Shown here piece by piece: positions 24,636 to 37,434 of a stretch of 47,979 nt of DNA. Location: assembly GCA_003693705.1 (NCBI GenBank), contig RBZT01000798.1:1-47979 (forward strand), in the 5' to 3' direction. Numbering within the stretch: position 1 is the stretch's first letter; the number at the start of each line of letters is the position of its first letter. The translations under genes and the position numbers were made by a program. This DNA comes from Polymyxa betae A26-41. Lineage: Eukaryota; Protista; Endomyxa: Phytomyxea. The notes under the pieces are model-generated. The model was not told where the DNA came from. It was given only the letters and a program-made list of their open reading frames with translations, and did no database searches.

Positions 24636-27600
24636 ATGTCATACGGACGACGCCCTCTCTCGAAGGTATCGTCGTCGTCGTCGGAAGAGGCGATGCCGGC
24701 GTCGCTCGTCCCGCCGCACCAGCGACAGCAGGCACCGCTCAGCGACCGGCCGCGAGCGCAATCCGTCCAGGTGCGGCCCGCCACCCTGATTCGGGCCAAC
24801 ACGACGCCGATCAGCATCGGGTCCGATCCGACCGAGTCCATCGACCTGGTCTGGGAAGTGATTCGATGCGAGCGCGGAGCCCTGCGCCAATGGCAGAAAG
24901 TCATCGGCGCCTTTGAACGGCTCCTGAAGAAGACCGGGCCAGTTACCGATCGCGGCAAACCGATTCTGGCCGTTCTGGCCACGTTGCGGAACGCCCACGA
25001 AGCCCTAGCGCGCTCGGTCTCGGGCGTCACCAACGAGGCGCAGCTATTCGATCCTAAGGTTCGCATTCTGGAACTTTCCGAAAATTTCTGCTTGTTTTAG
25101 AGCCTTTGACGGCCACTTTGGATTCTGTGTTACCAGTTTTTGCGTTTAAATTTGCATTGTTTTCTTACTGCGCACTTTCGTTTCTGCCCGCAGTAAAGTT
25201 TTGGCAATTTCTACATTTTTCACATAGTCTGAGATGGAATGTTTCTTGTTCGGTAAACATACAGTACCCTTCTTCAACTTTTTGTTCTCGTTCGGCAACG
25301 TTTACATTTTTCTCACTGTCATACTGCTACTGGTTCATTTTTTTTCGTTTTTTTTTATGTTTCGCTTTGGCTTATTTGAAATGGTGTTTCATTTCCATTC
25401 TCTATGGTGATGGCTGTCGTCAGGTGTGGCGTCAGGCCGTTCTCGGGCTCGCCCTGCTCAGCTCCGGTCAACTTCGAAACAACTATCGGGACCTGGCAGC
25501 GAGCTTCTGCGACATCCAGGCGTACTATTTGCAGCTGGCCGCCCAGGCCCGAGTCGCTGTCTCTGCCGAAGAGTTCGCCCTGCGTCTGGGGAAGCCCGTC
25601 CTGACCCTGGCCCGTCTCGCTGATCTCGTCGAGCATATGTATCGGATCTGTCCCAGCGATCAACTCAAAGATACGTGTGATATCTTGGGCATCATTGTCA
25701 AGGACGATACCGTTATGGTAATGGAGAGGGTTTCTATTGTCTCTTTCCTGATAACTTCTCATATTGAGCTTCTTACACGTTTGCTTTCCGATCATCTTTA
25801 GTTTCACTTTGATTTTTTTATTAGATTATTTCAATAATCGTCAGTAAGTTGTTTTTTTTAAATGCTTTTCACACATTGTTTTATAGAAATTTCGGTTTTC
25901 GAGCTCTGGCAGTTTTTCTATGTTTTTATGTTTCACAATATTGGTTTGCTGTTGGACAAGCTCACTGTTGACGATTTTGCTCCCCGTATACTGTGCTATC
26001 TAGTTTCATGGCTATTGGTCGCACTTGTATACTATCGCAAACCTTAGTTCCGATTTCTGTTCTCTGAAAGTGTCTTATCTGCTCTCTTTCTTCTGTACTT
26101 TCCATTCGCGTTTTAGATCCTATCTAATGTGAATTTTGTAGGCGACGCTGATTGAGAGGCTGAATCAGCAGCGGGTCGAAACTCTAAATCATCTGATGCA
26201 GCTGATGACACAAGGCCGAATGGTGGCGGCGCCGCCCAATTCCAACACCGTCTTCTGGTCCGGACGCCTGGCACACGGCCTGCGTCAAGCTCGGCACGAA
26301 TTCACGGCTCTTCCCGGGCTAATATGCTGGACCAATACGATGCAGACGAAGCTGTTCGGATATCTGGTTTTGAATCCACAAACGAAGATCATGCAGAACG
26401 ATATCCAATTCACCATAGAATCTGATAGCAACAGGTAATTTTCTTTTCTTCCTTCATCAAGCTCGAAAATAACTTAATGATTTCATTTCGGATTTTATCT
26501 TCGAACTCGCAAACTTTCCGCCTCTTTCGTCTTTTATTTCTGTGATTTTTTCACGTTTAATGCATGAAGGGCATCTTGAAGTCAGAGCTTTTTTTTCAAA
26601 GTTGCAAACTGTCTGCTGTCTTTACTCTGAATTTTCTGAGTCTTTTCATGCTGAATACATGATCGTTTTGAGAGTTTACTTTTATATCTTACAAGTCTTG
26701 GATCGTGCATTTTTACTCTCAGCGTCTCGGCATTTCGTTATCTTCTCGCTCTTAGAATATTCAGTACTTGAAAGTGCCGTTTGGGAAATTTTGAAGTCGC
26801 GATTCGTAACATTTCGCCGAGATCTTATTTACTCTTCAGGTTGAGATTGCTGTCGAAATCGATATCGTCAACGCGAACCTGGATCAGGAAACTACAGCTG
26901 GCCGCCGCCGCCCATTACAATACGCGCATGACCTCTCGCGGCGATACATCCGTCGGCATGCCCTTCAACGTCCATCATAAGATTCACGTTAACAAAGGTG
27001 CAAGCAGGCCGTACTGAGCCACAGTCAGCATATATGCTGACTCTGTTACAGAATTGGTGTGGAGCGGAAACGACCTGGAGGCGCCGCTGTTCACGCCTGT
27101 GCGGAAGATCGGCGAGGGCGCGTTCGGCGCTGTTTACGAGGTGTTTCATAATCAGCTGAAAGTGACGATGGCTGCGAAAGTGGTCGGCTCAGGGACCGTT
27201 AAGGCTTCCGATGCGATCCGAAAGGAGATCGATATTCTCACCGTCGTTCGGCATCCGAATATTGTCGCCTATTATGGTACGATTGTAATTTTTGCTTTAT
27301 CCACATTGTAATGTTACGCCCAGGGACGACCCTTGATAAGCAAAATCAGCTCTGGGTGTTGATGGATCTGTGCGAAGGCGGATCCGTTCATCAGTTAGCG
27401 AAGGCGCTATCTATCCAATGGACAGAGCCTGATGTCGCTTACATCTGCCATGGAACTCTGCTGGCTCTCGCCTATCTGCATCAAAACCGGATTCTCCACC
27501 GAGATGTCAAAGGCCGCAATATCCTTGTATCTCGACAGGGACAGATTTGCCTTACAGATTTCGGTAATTCACTTTTCAACATTTTTTCCCGAAATTTCTT

Positions 27601-28224
27601 TTAACCAAGTTTCTTCCAGATTTTTTTTATGATTCATCATTTTCTTTCCTTAGCTGAAATAGTGTACGAATTTGTCCGACTGCTCCTAAGAAGCTGCTCA
27701 GTTTTCTGGTTTTTCTTCATTTTCATAAGACTTTGATTTTTTTTCCAGAATCAAGCTTCCTGTTTTCGGAAATTGAATAGTATGCAGGTGTATCGAAACG
27801 TCTGCTGCCATCCGTAGCAGCGGCGATGATCAGCGGTCCGGTCGGTACTCCGTACTGGATGTCTCCCGAGGTGGCCACCGGTCGCGGATCCCGGGTGAGC
27901 TGGCCTTCGGACATCTGGTCGCTGGCGATCACGGCGATCGAACTGGCCGATGGCCATCCTCCATATTTTGATTTAAGCCCGCAAGAAGCAATGCGTCAGA
28001 TCGCGGATTCCGACCCGCCGACGCTCGACAACCCTACGCGATGGTCCCTGGAGTTCCGCGATTTCCTCGCTTGCTGTCTGCAGAAAGATCCGGATCGGCG
28101 ACCGAAAGCCTCGATGCTGTTACGACACCCGTTCATTCTGATGGGGACGCAACCATATCTCAGGCTGCATTTGGAGGCGTTTGTCCAGCAATATCTCTCT
28201 ATCAGAAGCATTACGAGCACATAG
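24636..28224 (+). CDS. RhoGEF(DH)-PH-CRIB-STE20/PAK-family kinase (~689 aa, 7 exons)
   Basis: Exons 24636-25058, 25424-25717 (alternative donor 25730), 26142-26434, 26840-26997, 27052-27276, 27324-27563 and 27788-28224 join in frame. DH-like LVWEVIRCER and LGKPVLTLARLADLVEHM; PH C-terminal helix TRTWIRKLQ; CRIB SVGMPFNVHHKIHV. Kinase motifs intact: IGEGAFGAVY, AAK, HRDVKGRN, DFG, GTPYWMSPE, DIWSLAITAIELADGHPPY. Confidence 0.88.
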
Positions 28225-29179
28225 CGGAATGACGATGTCGGTCGGTTGTCGCCATTCTGGATCCAAGAGAGGATCGTGTGCGCGTCATCTGGTCTTACAG
28301 ACGACTTTGTGGAGACGCCGAGTCGTTCGGTTCTGTTGTTAGTTGCCGAGGCCGTAATTACAATGCGTCTTGTAGAATAAATAGGATTAACGCTCTGATG
28401 CATTTATATCAAGCCTCTCGCTGATATTGGAATTTAAACAGTTTGGGTTTCTTCAAGTCTCTCTCATTTCTTCCGAATTTTCCTTTCAAGAGCACAGGAA
28501 TTGAAATTGCCCAAATGGTTTACTTTTTCCAAATTGTTGATTTTGTTCTTGATCAGAGATAGATTCGACATCTACTTTTGACTACGAGCAAGTTTCGCTT
28601 TGATTCACCTGACTTCTAACAGGCTGCAGAAAAGCGGCACCCTCTTCGTTTTATCGTTCCTATTGGTCGAATTTAATATCGAGAGTGTGATAAACCAGTC
28701 CGAAATCACTGTGAATGATAAGGCTTCAAACGGTTTATAACGGAGAAATTTGGCGAGAAGACGGAGACGATGCGAGAAATTGAGTCATTGATGTCGTGAC
28801 AACGAGTTTGGCTATAACGTACTGATTTGCATTACATGCATTTAATAGGCCTGTTTATCGTGCAAATCAGTTACCCAGAACATAACTCCGCAGAATTGAA
28901 TTACAGAAGTCGATTGTACTTGATCATTCAGTCAATCACCAGCTGAGTTAATAGGAACATCACATCTCTTGGTAACATTACAGCCCTTGCTGTATCAGAA
29001 CATGAAACAAAAGCTTTGTTGGTGAATATGTTTGTTGTTGATAACAGGGTTCAGTAGAAACTAATACGCTGATAGGGGCTGATAAAATCTCATTCAAATT
29101 GTTGAACCTTCACTTTTTGTGGAAACTTTAGATGAGTGACATGCAAAGTCAGTTGATCTGAATCTCATCACGGGTTTAT

Positions 29180-30028
29180 TCACAGTTGCGGAATCGCCTG
29201 CTGTAAAATCCGGTCACATAACTCGATCTGATTCTGGACTCCAAGCTGCAGAACAGAGCGGAAACGTTTCACGACCTTGATCACCTGATGCGTCTGAACT
29301 CCGAAATCGCACTGCTTCACCATCTCCGTGATATACCGCATTCGCTGGGCCTCCTCAATCACAATGACGTAGTCCGAATGCAGCAGCTCTTCCGCGGGCA
29401 TTTCGATACGCGCAACCACCCGAATCACCTCCAGAAACGCCTTCATTGCGCAGTCCGCCTGTCCATACACGGCATCGACCAAATCCGAGATCTCAACTCC
29501 GTCCTCATTCTCGATCAGCGGACCTTCCGCCAACAGCCACGAATACAGACAGCGCTGCTGTAAGTTGCGGAGTCCGTAACTCCGTGCGAATTGTAGCATC
29601 TCAATGTCGAAGACTTCGATTTTCTGCGATAACACCGCCCCGATCAGCGGCAAGGCATGTCTCGCCCCGATAAAGTCCGCATAGACGGCCATGGTCGCCA
29701 GAACTTGCTTGAACTGTTTCACCAGCAGCGTCTCGGCCACGGTATTATCATCACGGACTGCGGCGCGGAGATACAGAACGCGCAGTAACATTTCGAAGAT
29801 GGATTCGGCCTCAATGCGCAGTTCGGCGGGTTGCAGACTGCGTGGTAGAATCACCGGCGGTAAGTAGACGTGAAAACAGCGCGCTAAAAGAGGATCTGGA
29901 AGGGTCCATCGGAAAGGCGGATTTCCAAGAAGGTCGTTGGACATGCCGAAAGACCGCGGCCCTACAAGCAGCACGTAGTTCGGATGAGTAACGCCATCGA
30001 ACATGGTCACATCCTCGGCGCACCTCAT
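29180..30028 (-). CDS. BTB/POZ-like domain protein (intronless)
   Basis: 282-aa ORF with a BTB-like pattern (IFEMLLRVLY ... MAVYADFIG ... LQFARSYGLRNLQQRC). AATAAA overlaps the stop codon. Confidence 0.65.
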   Translation of the reverse strand: MRCAEDVTMFDGVTHPNYVLLVGPRSFGMSNDLLGNPPFRWTLPDPLLARCFHVYLPPVILPRSLQPAELRIEAESIFEMLLRVLYLRAAVRDDNTVAETLLVKQFKQVLATMAVYADFIGARHALPLIGAVLSQKIEVFDIEMLQFARSYGLRNLQQRCLYSWLLAEGPLIENEDGVEISDLVDAVYGQADCAMKAFLEVIRVVARIEMPAEELLHSDYVIVIEEAQRMRYITEMVKQCDFGVQTHQVIKVVKRFRSVLQLGVQNQIELCDRILQQAIPQL

Positions 30029-30030
30029 GG

Positions 30031-30046
30031 TTAGGGTTTAGGGTTT
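30031..30046 (-). promoter_or_regulatory. Telomere-like repeat (telo-box-like AAACCCTAAACCCTAA) immediately upstream of the BTB gene start
   Basis: Minus strand reads GGAAACCCTAAACCCTAACCATG. A regulatory role is inferred only from plant telo-box precedent. Confidence 0.45.
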
Positions 30047-31454
30047 CCACAGCAGAGTTTGGGGAGGGAGGAGGAGGTGGCGGGAGGGCGGCGGTGCCCG
30101 AGACAAAGACGAGAGATCAGATCTGGAGGAGAGAATCGGCGATATTTCGAATCTGAAGGTCCGAAAGTCACAGACACGGAGCTCGCTATTCACAGCCCGC
30201 AGACAGTTACTCCGGATGTATTCATCATTCCGATGTGCGGTCTAACTGCATCATTAGAAAAAGCTCGGACTTTCCTATACAAGATTGGATGATATTGATT
30301 ATAATACTACTAGTTCGTTGATATTTTTCAACAGGCGGCGCTGTTTCCATATCGCAAGGCCGATAGAGCTCAGTCAGGCAGCCCTATCCTCGGTTTCCTG
30401 GCCTCAAAAAGGTGTCAATGCATCACAATAAGTATTAAATGACATCATCAGCGATTGCCTTTCCTTGATCTGATTCTTAAAGATACGTTCACCAGGTTTC
30501 AAAGACAATCTGGAAACTGGAGACTCAGACACGGAGTTTTTAGGCAGAAGTTTCAGGAACAGCAGCATCAGTATTGACGATGTTGCGAGAGCCGGAATAT
30601 AATTCGAGCCCAATCTCGTCCTCATTAATACCATACCACTAATTTCAGATACTTCTCGAGCCATACAGCAATACATTGCGTTTCGTCACAGCAAAATCCG
30701 TCCGGAAGCCGGACTTCGGGCAGATTGATAACGACGGTCGGTTTGGAAGTCCCTCTCATCATGTTGCGACCTCCATTTTATAATGAGGTTTACACATACC
30801 GGAGCCATAACGCGCCATTTCACTGTAACAGACGAATGCTTCATGAGAATGGGATATTGAGGGATGGGAAAATTTTAAAGACTTGTGCGGAACCTGTCAA
30901 GCCAAAATGCAACAGCAAACTTCCAAATGGAACTTTCTTTCATATATAAGTCGATTTTATTGCTGGCCAACGAATTCCCTAGACATAAAACCCTAACTCC
31001 TAATGTCATCATATTTGTCTACGGTCATATTACGGCAGATAGGAAATGGTGTTTATAGAAATAACAGAATCAAACCTCCTTGGTGAAAGCATCAACACCT
31101 TGTATAAACGTAACATAGGATAAATCCAATCCTTGGAACATTTGTGCTGATATCCAGAGAGACTTGTAATGTAGGTCGTATTGCTTCTCAGCAGCAGCAA
31201 GACACAGCTATCACTACAATATTGCCAAATATACGGTAATGAGATAGGACGGCCCTCGACCTCTCAATATCAAGTCCCACTCGCAGTCCGTACAATTTGG
31301 ACTGATCTGTGACATTATTCTTTTTGTAGAATATCGACAGCTTGGTAACGTGAGCTGTTTGAGGGTTATACAAGTGTCTCTACTGCCCTGAGTTACATGC
31401 TGTCGCTGGGGACGCGTTACATAACTAACTTAGCAACATAAACGTTACAGGTTT

Positions 31455-31765
31455 ATCCCATACAGCAAGCGTTACTCTGTGGTGTATCTGATCGAGATGA
31501 GATAGCTAAATCTGGCTCTCGTACAAGCAAACACTATTCTGTCATATTATTGGATTTAGATGATACGGGTCCAGTACAGAACAACATTACTCTGTAGTAG
31601 TATTAATTGAGATGAGGTTGGCTCGCATACAGTCCATACTACTCTGTCATCAGAGCTGGTCATCAACTGCGACACGTTACTCACGGTCTTGTATGAAATG
31701 CGTGAAATAATTGATCAGACTCCAATAGAAGCAGTAATTACTCTGTCGTAATATAGAATTGATTT
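31455..31765. repeat. Degenerate ~53-60-bp tandem repeat
   Basis: Core TACA..(T/C)TA(C/T)TCTGT..AGATGA recurs at ~31461, 31522, 31575, 31628 and 31727. Confidence 0.55.
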
Positions 31766-31863
31766 CAGGTCGGGTTTGTGGAATTTCGCCAGATAGGACA
31801 GATCGCGGACTGCGTCACGCAATATCTTGCGTCTCTCATTGATCATTTCTCAATGAGGCCAAC

Positions 31864-34800
31864 ATCAGATCCGTCTTCTGCCATCTCGTGATTCTCAATC
31901 TGGTGATGGCGTCGTCTGCAGATCTGACGTTCCCATTCACTCTGAGTCGCGACAGAGTTGATGCTACTTCCGATGAGCTGGAATTGGCCGCTAGGTCCGG
32001 TGACCTGACAGTTCTGCAACGTCAGCAGGACGATTTCGGAGGCGTCGTCTATGATGTTAATGTCGCACAAGCTGCTTTAAAATCGGGAAATATGGAATTT
32101 TGGGAGAAATTTGTCTTATTGGCCCGTTGGTCATGCATTGTCCTTGAGAGCGGCACTCACGGTTTCTTGGTCGAACATCTCAATCCTGTAGACGACGTAT
32201 GATCAAGCAAGATTGATGATATGACGAAATTCAAAGCTTTTCAGTTTTGTGGTTGAACAGTTTCTGGGCAATTTGCCATCGAAGGAGGATTTCCGAGTTA
32301 CAGATGATATGTTCTGGTATGATCATCGTATTATTCTTCCACCACACAGATATTCAATATGGTGTCTGGATGATTATAGAACTATCCCCAAAACTTGGCG
32401 TGGTGACCTTCTTATTCATAAAGTTTTGTATTTAGGAAATCGAATATTCATCGAGTATCTAGTTGATCAGGGGGTGAAATTCTGTCTTCAACATTTACAG
32501 CTGATTGGATGCAAATTCCGACCTGATTTATATGATCTTGTTGTTAATAATCTTCGTCCTCATATTGATCATATTCCTGTATCATGTCAATATCCGAGAT
32601 CACCCAATGATGCCGAGGTACTTGCGGTCCTCATGTACCTAAAGCTCTACAAATAACTCAACATATTCTTGAACAGTTCAAGATCAAAATCGATATGAAT
32701 GTGAAAGTATCTCTTGACTTCCCATCTAAGTCTCGCCGTGACCGTATTGAATCTCATCTATCACCAGACGAAGGTGAGAAGGCGCTGCATCTCCCTTCTC
32801 TTACTAACATCATGCTTAGATAAAGTCATTCCTGAAGATGAAATCGAGGTTGACGATTGGTACGATCATTTCCCAGGTAGTTTATGATCTCATATAATGT
32901 TTCAATATGATCTTTTAACAATTGATTTCAGAACCGACGAGAACGATGATTACGCAGCCACACATGCAACATATTCTTTTTATGATTTTCTCTTCTGTTA
33001 TTCCAACTGATTTTATTATTAGGGAAGTGCAAGGTTTGTCTCAGCGTTATGAAATATTGGCTATCATGCAGTGGGCGGAATTTCCGGATCAGCTCATGAA
33101 CGAAAGATCTCTATTTCTTCGTTTGCTTTTAGAAACCAATTTTGAACTTCCGAACCTGGGATATTGGGACAGATCCGACTGTATCACCACCATAATCAAT
33201 AGCCTTTCCCCATCAGTGCTATCAGCTGGACATGATGACGATCTGACAGTAATGGAACACTATCTAAACCTAAGGTCTCTGCTTGACGCTTCCGATAATT
33301 TCAGTTATCGTATTTACTACTGATTGTTATTCAGTGATTACCATTCGGATATTTTGCGCTGTTTGTATTGTCGTACCACGCCACAGGATTTGGATCTGGT
33401 TCGTGTTCGAACTTTAAATTCTCTACCATTGATGGCCTGGGCTTGTCTATTCCAACATCGTAACAGGCAGCTTTTGGAAGAATTCGCAGATTTTACATCG
33501 TTCTCAGAGTCTTCTGGTCATCCTAATCGGCATCTCTTTGAGACTGCCATCAAACTATCTCTTTGGTCCCCTGAAGGTCCAGCAGTTGCTCTCACCCTAC
33601 AAACTGCTGATATCCCCAGAATGCTATCACACTGGTAATACAATGCAAATGCAAATCTGCGATTTTATTCTCATTCTGAACTGGATGCAGTCGAGATATA
33701 TTTCGTAACTCTTCGATAGATGCGACCCCATTGTATTGGTTTGTCGTCTATTGTGGGAGTTCGCAAGTATCCGAACAGATCCAGCAGCATCTACTCGATA
33801 TCATTCCCTATATATTCTCATGTCCTAATCAGCTGGATAGATTCTGCATTCAACTTCTTTACTATCCAATGTCAGTTCTGCATTTCTCTATAACTTTTGG
33901 ATTCGTTGCGATTGTTGCAATATATCGTATTCATTCATGCAGACACTAAAGTTTGTGTTATCCAGGGGACAACAACGACCAGATCCATGGCTCTTTAAAG
34001 TCGGTCTAAGCCTGATTCTGCTCCAGGCTGATCGCCAGCCTTTGTTCGCTAATTCGCTCATGGGCCATAAAGGCTCACATTTGATCTAATTGCATCGTGG
34101 GTCATCTTTGTCTTCGAATGTGGCCTAAACTGTTTATTTTCTCGAATGCCTTTTTATCGGTCTCTCGCGCCTTCCTCTCTGAATTTATTCCATTTTCGTT
34201 TAATCGTTTGGACTTGTTTTCCCGCTGACATTCTGTTCTCAGTATCTGTCCATCGTTAGCTTTAAATGATGTTGAAATGGGCACTGTCACTCTAGATGAT
34301 TCTATCAAGAATGCTCTGCAAGCCTGTAGCTCTGTACGTGACGATCCAGAACAGCGAACTCTGAGCTCTCTGATTTTAGCTCTTACAATGGGTCTAATAC
34401 TATCACCCAGTCGTAGCTCATATCTGAACCAGCTACCTGAACTTCATCATGATCAGTTCAGATATGCCTTAATGACCCTCTCCATGAACCAGCTTCATAT
34501 GCAGAATATCGCTGTCTATGAACATCTCTCTGGACTAATTCATGAGAAGCTTCTTCCAGTTCCACCATCTGCTTTCACGGATTCAGAACCACAGATTCGT
34601 CGTCGTGATGTCACAAGCTTCGACGACGATTACGAGATACTGGAACGCCTTGGTGAGTTGCCCGTTGTCAGTCGAAATTCTGTTTCTTCAAAACTTGACA
34701 TCCGGAGTCTTTTGTATTCAGTCTATGTTCATCATAAGACATTTTATCCCCTTTTGAAGTTCTATTTCAAACAGATTCAAATCTGCTTCTTTTTCTAATA

Positions 34801-34919
34801 TTGATGTTTCGGTTGTTTGTAGCGGTTTATAGTTGTTTCCATCCTTTCTGGTATTAAATTGCATAATATTATAGGAGCAGGTGTCGATGGATGTGTTTTT
34901 CGAGGGAGATGTCTTCGAG
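31864..34919 (+). pseudogene. Pseudogene: signal peptide + long helical region + start of a protein kinase domain
   Basis: Signal-like (I)RSVFCHLVILNLVMA with ATC where an ATG is expected. In-frame stops at 32200, 32654, 32821 and 33321, plus frameshifts. Introns at ~32877-32931, ~33635-33690, 33871-34242 and 34653-34874. The last splice gives YEILERLG|AGVDGCVFRGRCLR, a kinase Gly-rich loop. An assembly gap follows at 34983. Confidence 0.7.
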
Positions 34920-35061
34920 GTGAAAACCCGATTGAACGCACCCCTGCTTTGCAGCTAAATGCGCAGAAACGTGCGTCACCTANNNNNNNNNNNNNNNNNN
35001 NNNNNNNNNNNNNNNNACTCCGGACTCAACTCTCCTACCGCAGCGTATCTCCCCCTAAACC

Positions 35062-36110
35062 CTAAACCCTAACAGCCCAGATTAAGGTCAGTTTCCGATA
35101 CAGATTGGCTATTAAGATGAGTTTTTGTAACGCGCCTGTCGACTGCGGAATCTCGATGATTTCGTTTAGAGCGACGTTAGTTCCATGAAGGTTTATAACT
35201 AATACATTCTTGGCGCAAGAGAGATAATCCCTTCGATAGCAGGACGATTGCTGAGAAAGAGCTTCCTGCTCTTCGGCATTCCATTCCTTTCTCTAAGAAA
35301 CATGATCATCACAATCAACCTACTGATAAATAGGAATGTTTTTACCAGAAAGTGACATAAACTTTTGTAGTCTGTAATGTCAGCAACCTCATGATTCAGC
35401 AAATCGTCCAGATCGCTGTATCGTCCTCGACCTCTAGGACGACCTCGTTTTCTTTTCAAAGCTTTATTAGAAGCGTCCTGAAAGTAAAACCATCAGTAAG
35501 AGATCAGCAGTGATTAGTGATATATGACATGATCTTTGTCATTCTCCAGACAGCATTCCTGAAGCGCTGACGAATTCAAAGCGAAAACGGATCCCGGAAT
35601 TGACCCTGTCAATGGTTGATCTCCAGATGCCAGGATTGATTCCGATAATGATGGATTTTCATTGCAAAAATCCTACGTAGAAGACTCAGCCTGGAAAAGT
35701 GGCAACGCACTGAATCACATCATACAAAAGAACTTGATGACGTCTCAGGGAGCTCCTAAATAGTAGATTTAGTCGGAGATAGCTGTCAGGACGGAGCCGT
35801 CGTACATTTAAATCGAACGCGTGTCCAGATGTAGATCCTCTTTCAAAGCCAATCGCCTCCATGGCGTCTCGGACTTGATTGTCACGTAAAATAGGCTGAT
35901 TATAGGAGCCATTAACTGGTCCGTTACCAATGTCGATCGACAGCTACCCAATTCATGATTAATCCGCCGCTTGGACCAGATACAGACGGGCCAGCATACC
36001 TCGGGCGGCTGCGCCGTCGGGCTGTCGACGGACTGCCCGATGTCGGTCTCAGCAGGGTTGATGGCGTCGCATGTGACCAATATCGCGAGGACGATGGAGG
36101 AAGGAATCAT
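35062..36110 (-). CDS. Predicted secreted protein with basic NLS/AT-hook motif (multi-exon; 3' end uncertain)
   Basis: Hydrophobic N-terminus MIPSSIVLAILVTCDA. Six short GT-AG introns, all phase 0, join an open frame (..QPPE|LSIDIGNG..FDLN|ELPETSSSSF|DFCNEN..DKDH|DASNKALKRKRGRPRGRGRY..CHFL|RKEW..CAKN|STGALQK..). The apparent stop lies in a TTTAGGG run near a gap. Confidence 0.65.
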
Positions 36111-36164
36111 TTCGGCAACTGCGACGAGAATGGTCGGGAAAAGTCCGCAGCTTATTGTTCAGGA

Positions 36165-36310
36165 CAAAGGGCTGCGCATTCCATACAAGCACAAAGGGCT
36201 GCGCATTCCATACAAACTACAAAGAACAAAGGGCTGCGCATTCCATACAGGAGCAAAGGGCTGCCCATTCAATACAGGAACAAAGGCCACGCATCCCTTA
36301 CAGGATTATA
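36165..36310. repeat. ~27-bp minisatellite array 1 (CAAAGGGCTGCGCATTCCATACAGGAA), ~5 copies
   Basis: Direct repeats are visible and decay toward the right. Confidence 0.9.
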
Positions 36311-37043
36311 AGGCCCGGTTCGATCCGCCTTGCTGCTAGAGGAGGATGGCGATGCCGACTCTCCATTCTATGTGAATACTGCTCGTGTTGTCGAGACAGT
36401 CGCCAAAGTCCGTTCGCATGTAGGACGAAATCCCAATTTTTGACGGCTCAGAGACCTGGCAATCAATCCTGATTTTCTATGTTCTTTCACACGACATCTT
36501 ACGAGTTTTAATTAGGTGGCAACGATTCTCTTGATCCTAATTAGGCTTGAGGAATACAACCGAATTTCAATTTGTTTTTTGATTTGTTGCCTCAGTTCTG
36601 CAAACTGAACCACCTGCCTCATTTCTGGAAAATAATTATTTTTACTACTCATGTCTCCGGTTGAAGTTTGTTACTAACTCGGCAGCTTCCTGACAACGCA
36701 GAATGTGTCGGATGGCGGCAAACATATCAAATGTGATATTCATATCTCGCTTTTCACTTGGAATGTTGGCTACGAGGTCGTAATCCAAATCCCATCTGTT
36801 CGAAACTGGTTGAAACGAATGCACAGGAATTATTTAACCATGGCGAAAACTGATGTTCAATCTGGACAAACGCAGGCATCCTGTTACGTCAATCTGTCCA
36901 TTAAAACTGAAAGCCTCGTTTCGCGTTTCTTCGTGAAATTGTTCTTGATGCTTAACAGGTTACCAGGCTCAAATCAAAGTTATTAAAAAAATATGGAGTT
37001 ACCAAAAATGGTTTTTGAAGGCGGTTGGAAGCAAAAGAATGAT

Positions 37044-37115
37044 TACCGCCGCCAGGACTCGAACCCGGACCTCCAGTTCCGAAGACTAACACGCTGACCA
37101 TTGCGTCACGGCAGC
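37044..37115 (-). tRNA. tRNA-Arg(TCG)
   Basis: Minus strand: acceptor GCTGCCG/CGGCGGT, D-arm ACGC/GCGT, anticodon arm TTAGT-CTTCGGA-ACTGG, T-arm CCGGG-TTCGAGT-CCTGG. Several G:U pairs. TTTT downstream. Confidence 0.9.
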
Positions 37116-37332
37116 TACCTGATTGTGTTAGAAGGACGACCTCAACTCGATGGAATCCTGCCTTCACAGAGCTTTTCTACACTCAAGGCTGCAGGTCTCA
37201 GACTAGGAAATATCAATAAATCCTCACTTCCTACTTTACTACTTCTTCGGAATCCAACCTCGTTTACTGTGCTACGCTGAGAGATTGCTGATGAGCAATA
37301 ACATATTAACGATTGGAACAGTGCAGTGTGTG

Positions 37333-37434
37333 CAAAGGGCTGCGAATCCCATATAGGAAAAGGGGCTGCGCACTCCATAGAGGAACAAAGGGCCGCGTAT
37401 GCCTTACAGGAAAAAGGGCTGCGCATCCCATACA
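37333..37434. repeat. ~26-27-bp minisatellite array 2, same family and orientation as 36165-36310, ~4 copies
   Basis: AAAGGGCTGCG(A/C)ATCCCATA(C/T)AGGAA-type units. Confidence 0.85.

Noticed and set aside
25059-27787. Long introns as a recent introner family
   Set aside because: No shared sequence, TIRs or consistent TSDs between them; the AG|GT junction repeats are ordinary protosplice context.
24437-30050. Antisense and overlapping ORFs over the kinase and BTB genes
   Set aside because: Shadow ORFs of GC-rich coding exons with no independent motifs.
32198-32244. Short GT-AG intron rescuing the stop at 32200
   Set aside because: Splicing leads to an immediate TGA, and the segment aligns as coding sequence with the 3751-4410 paralog.
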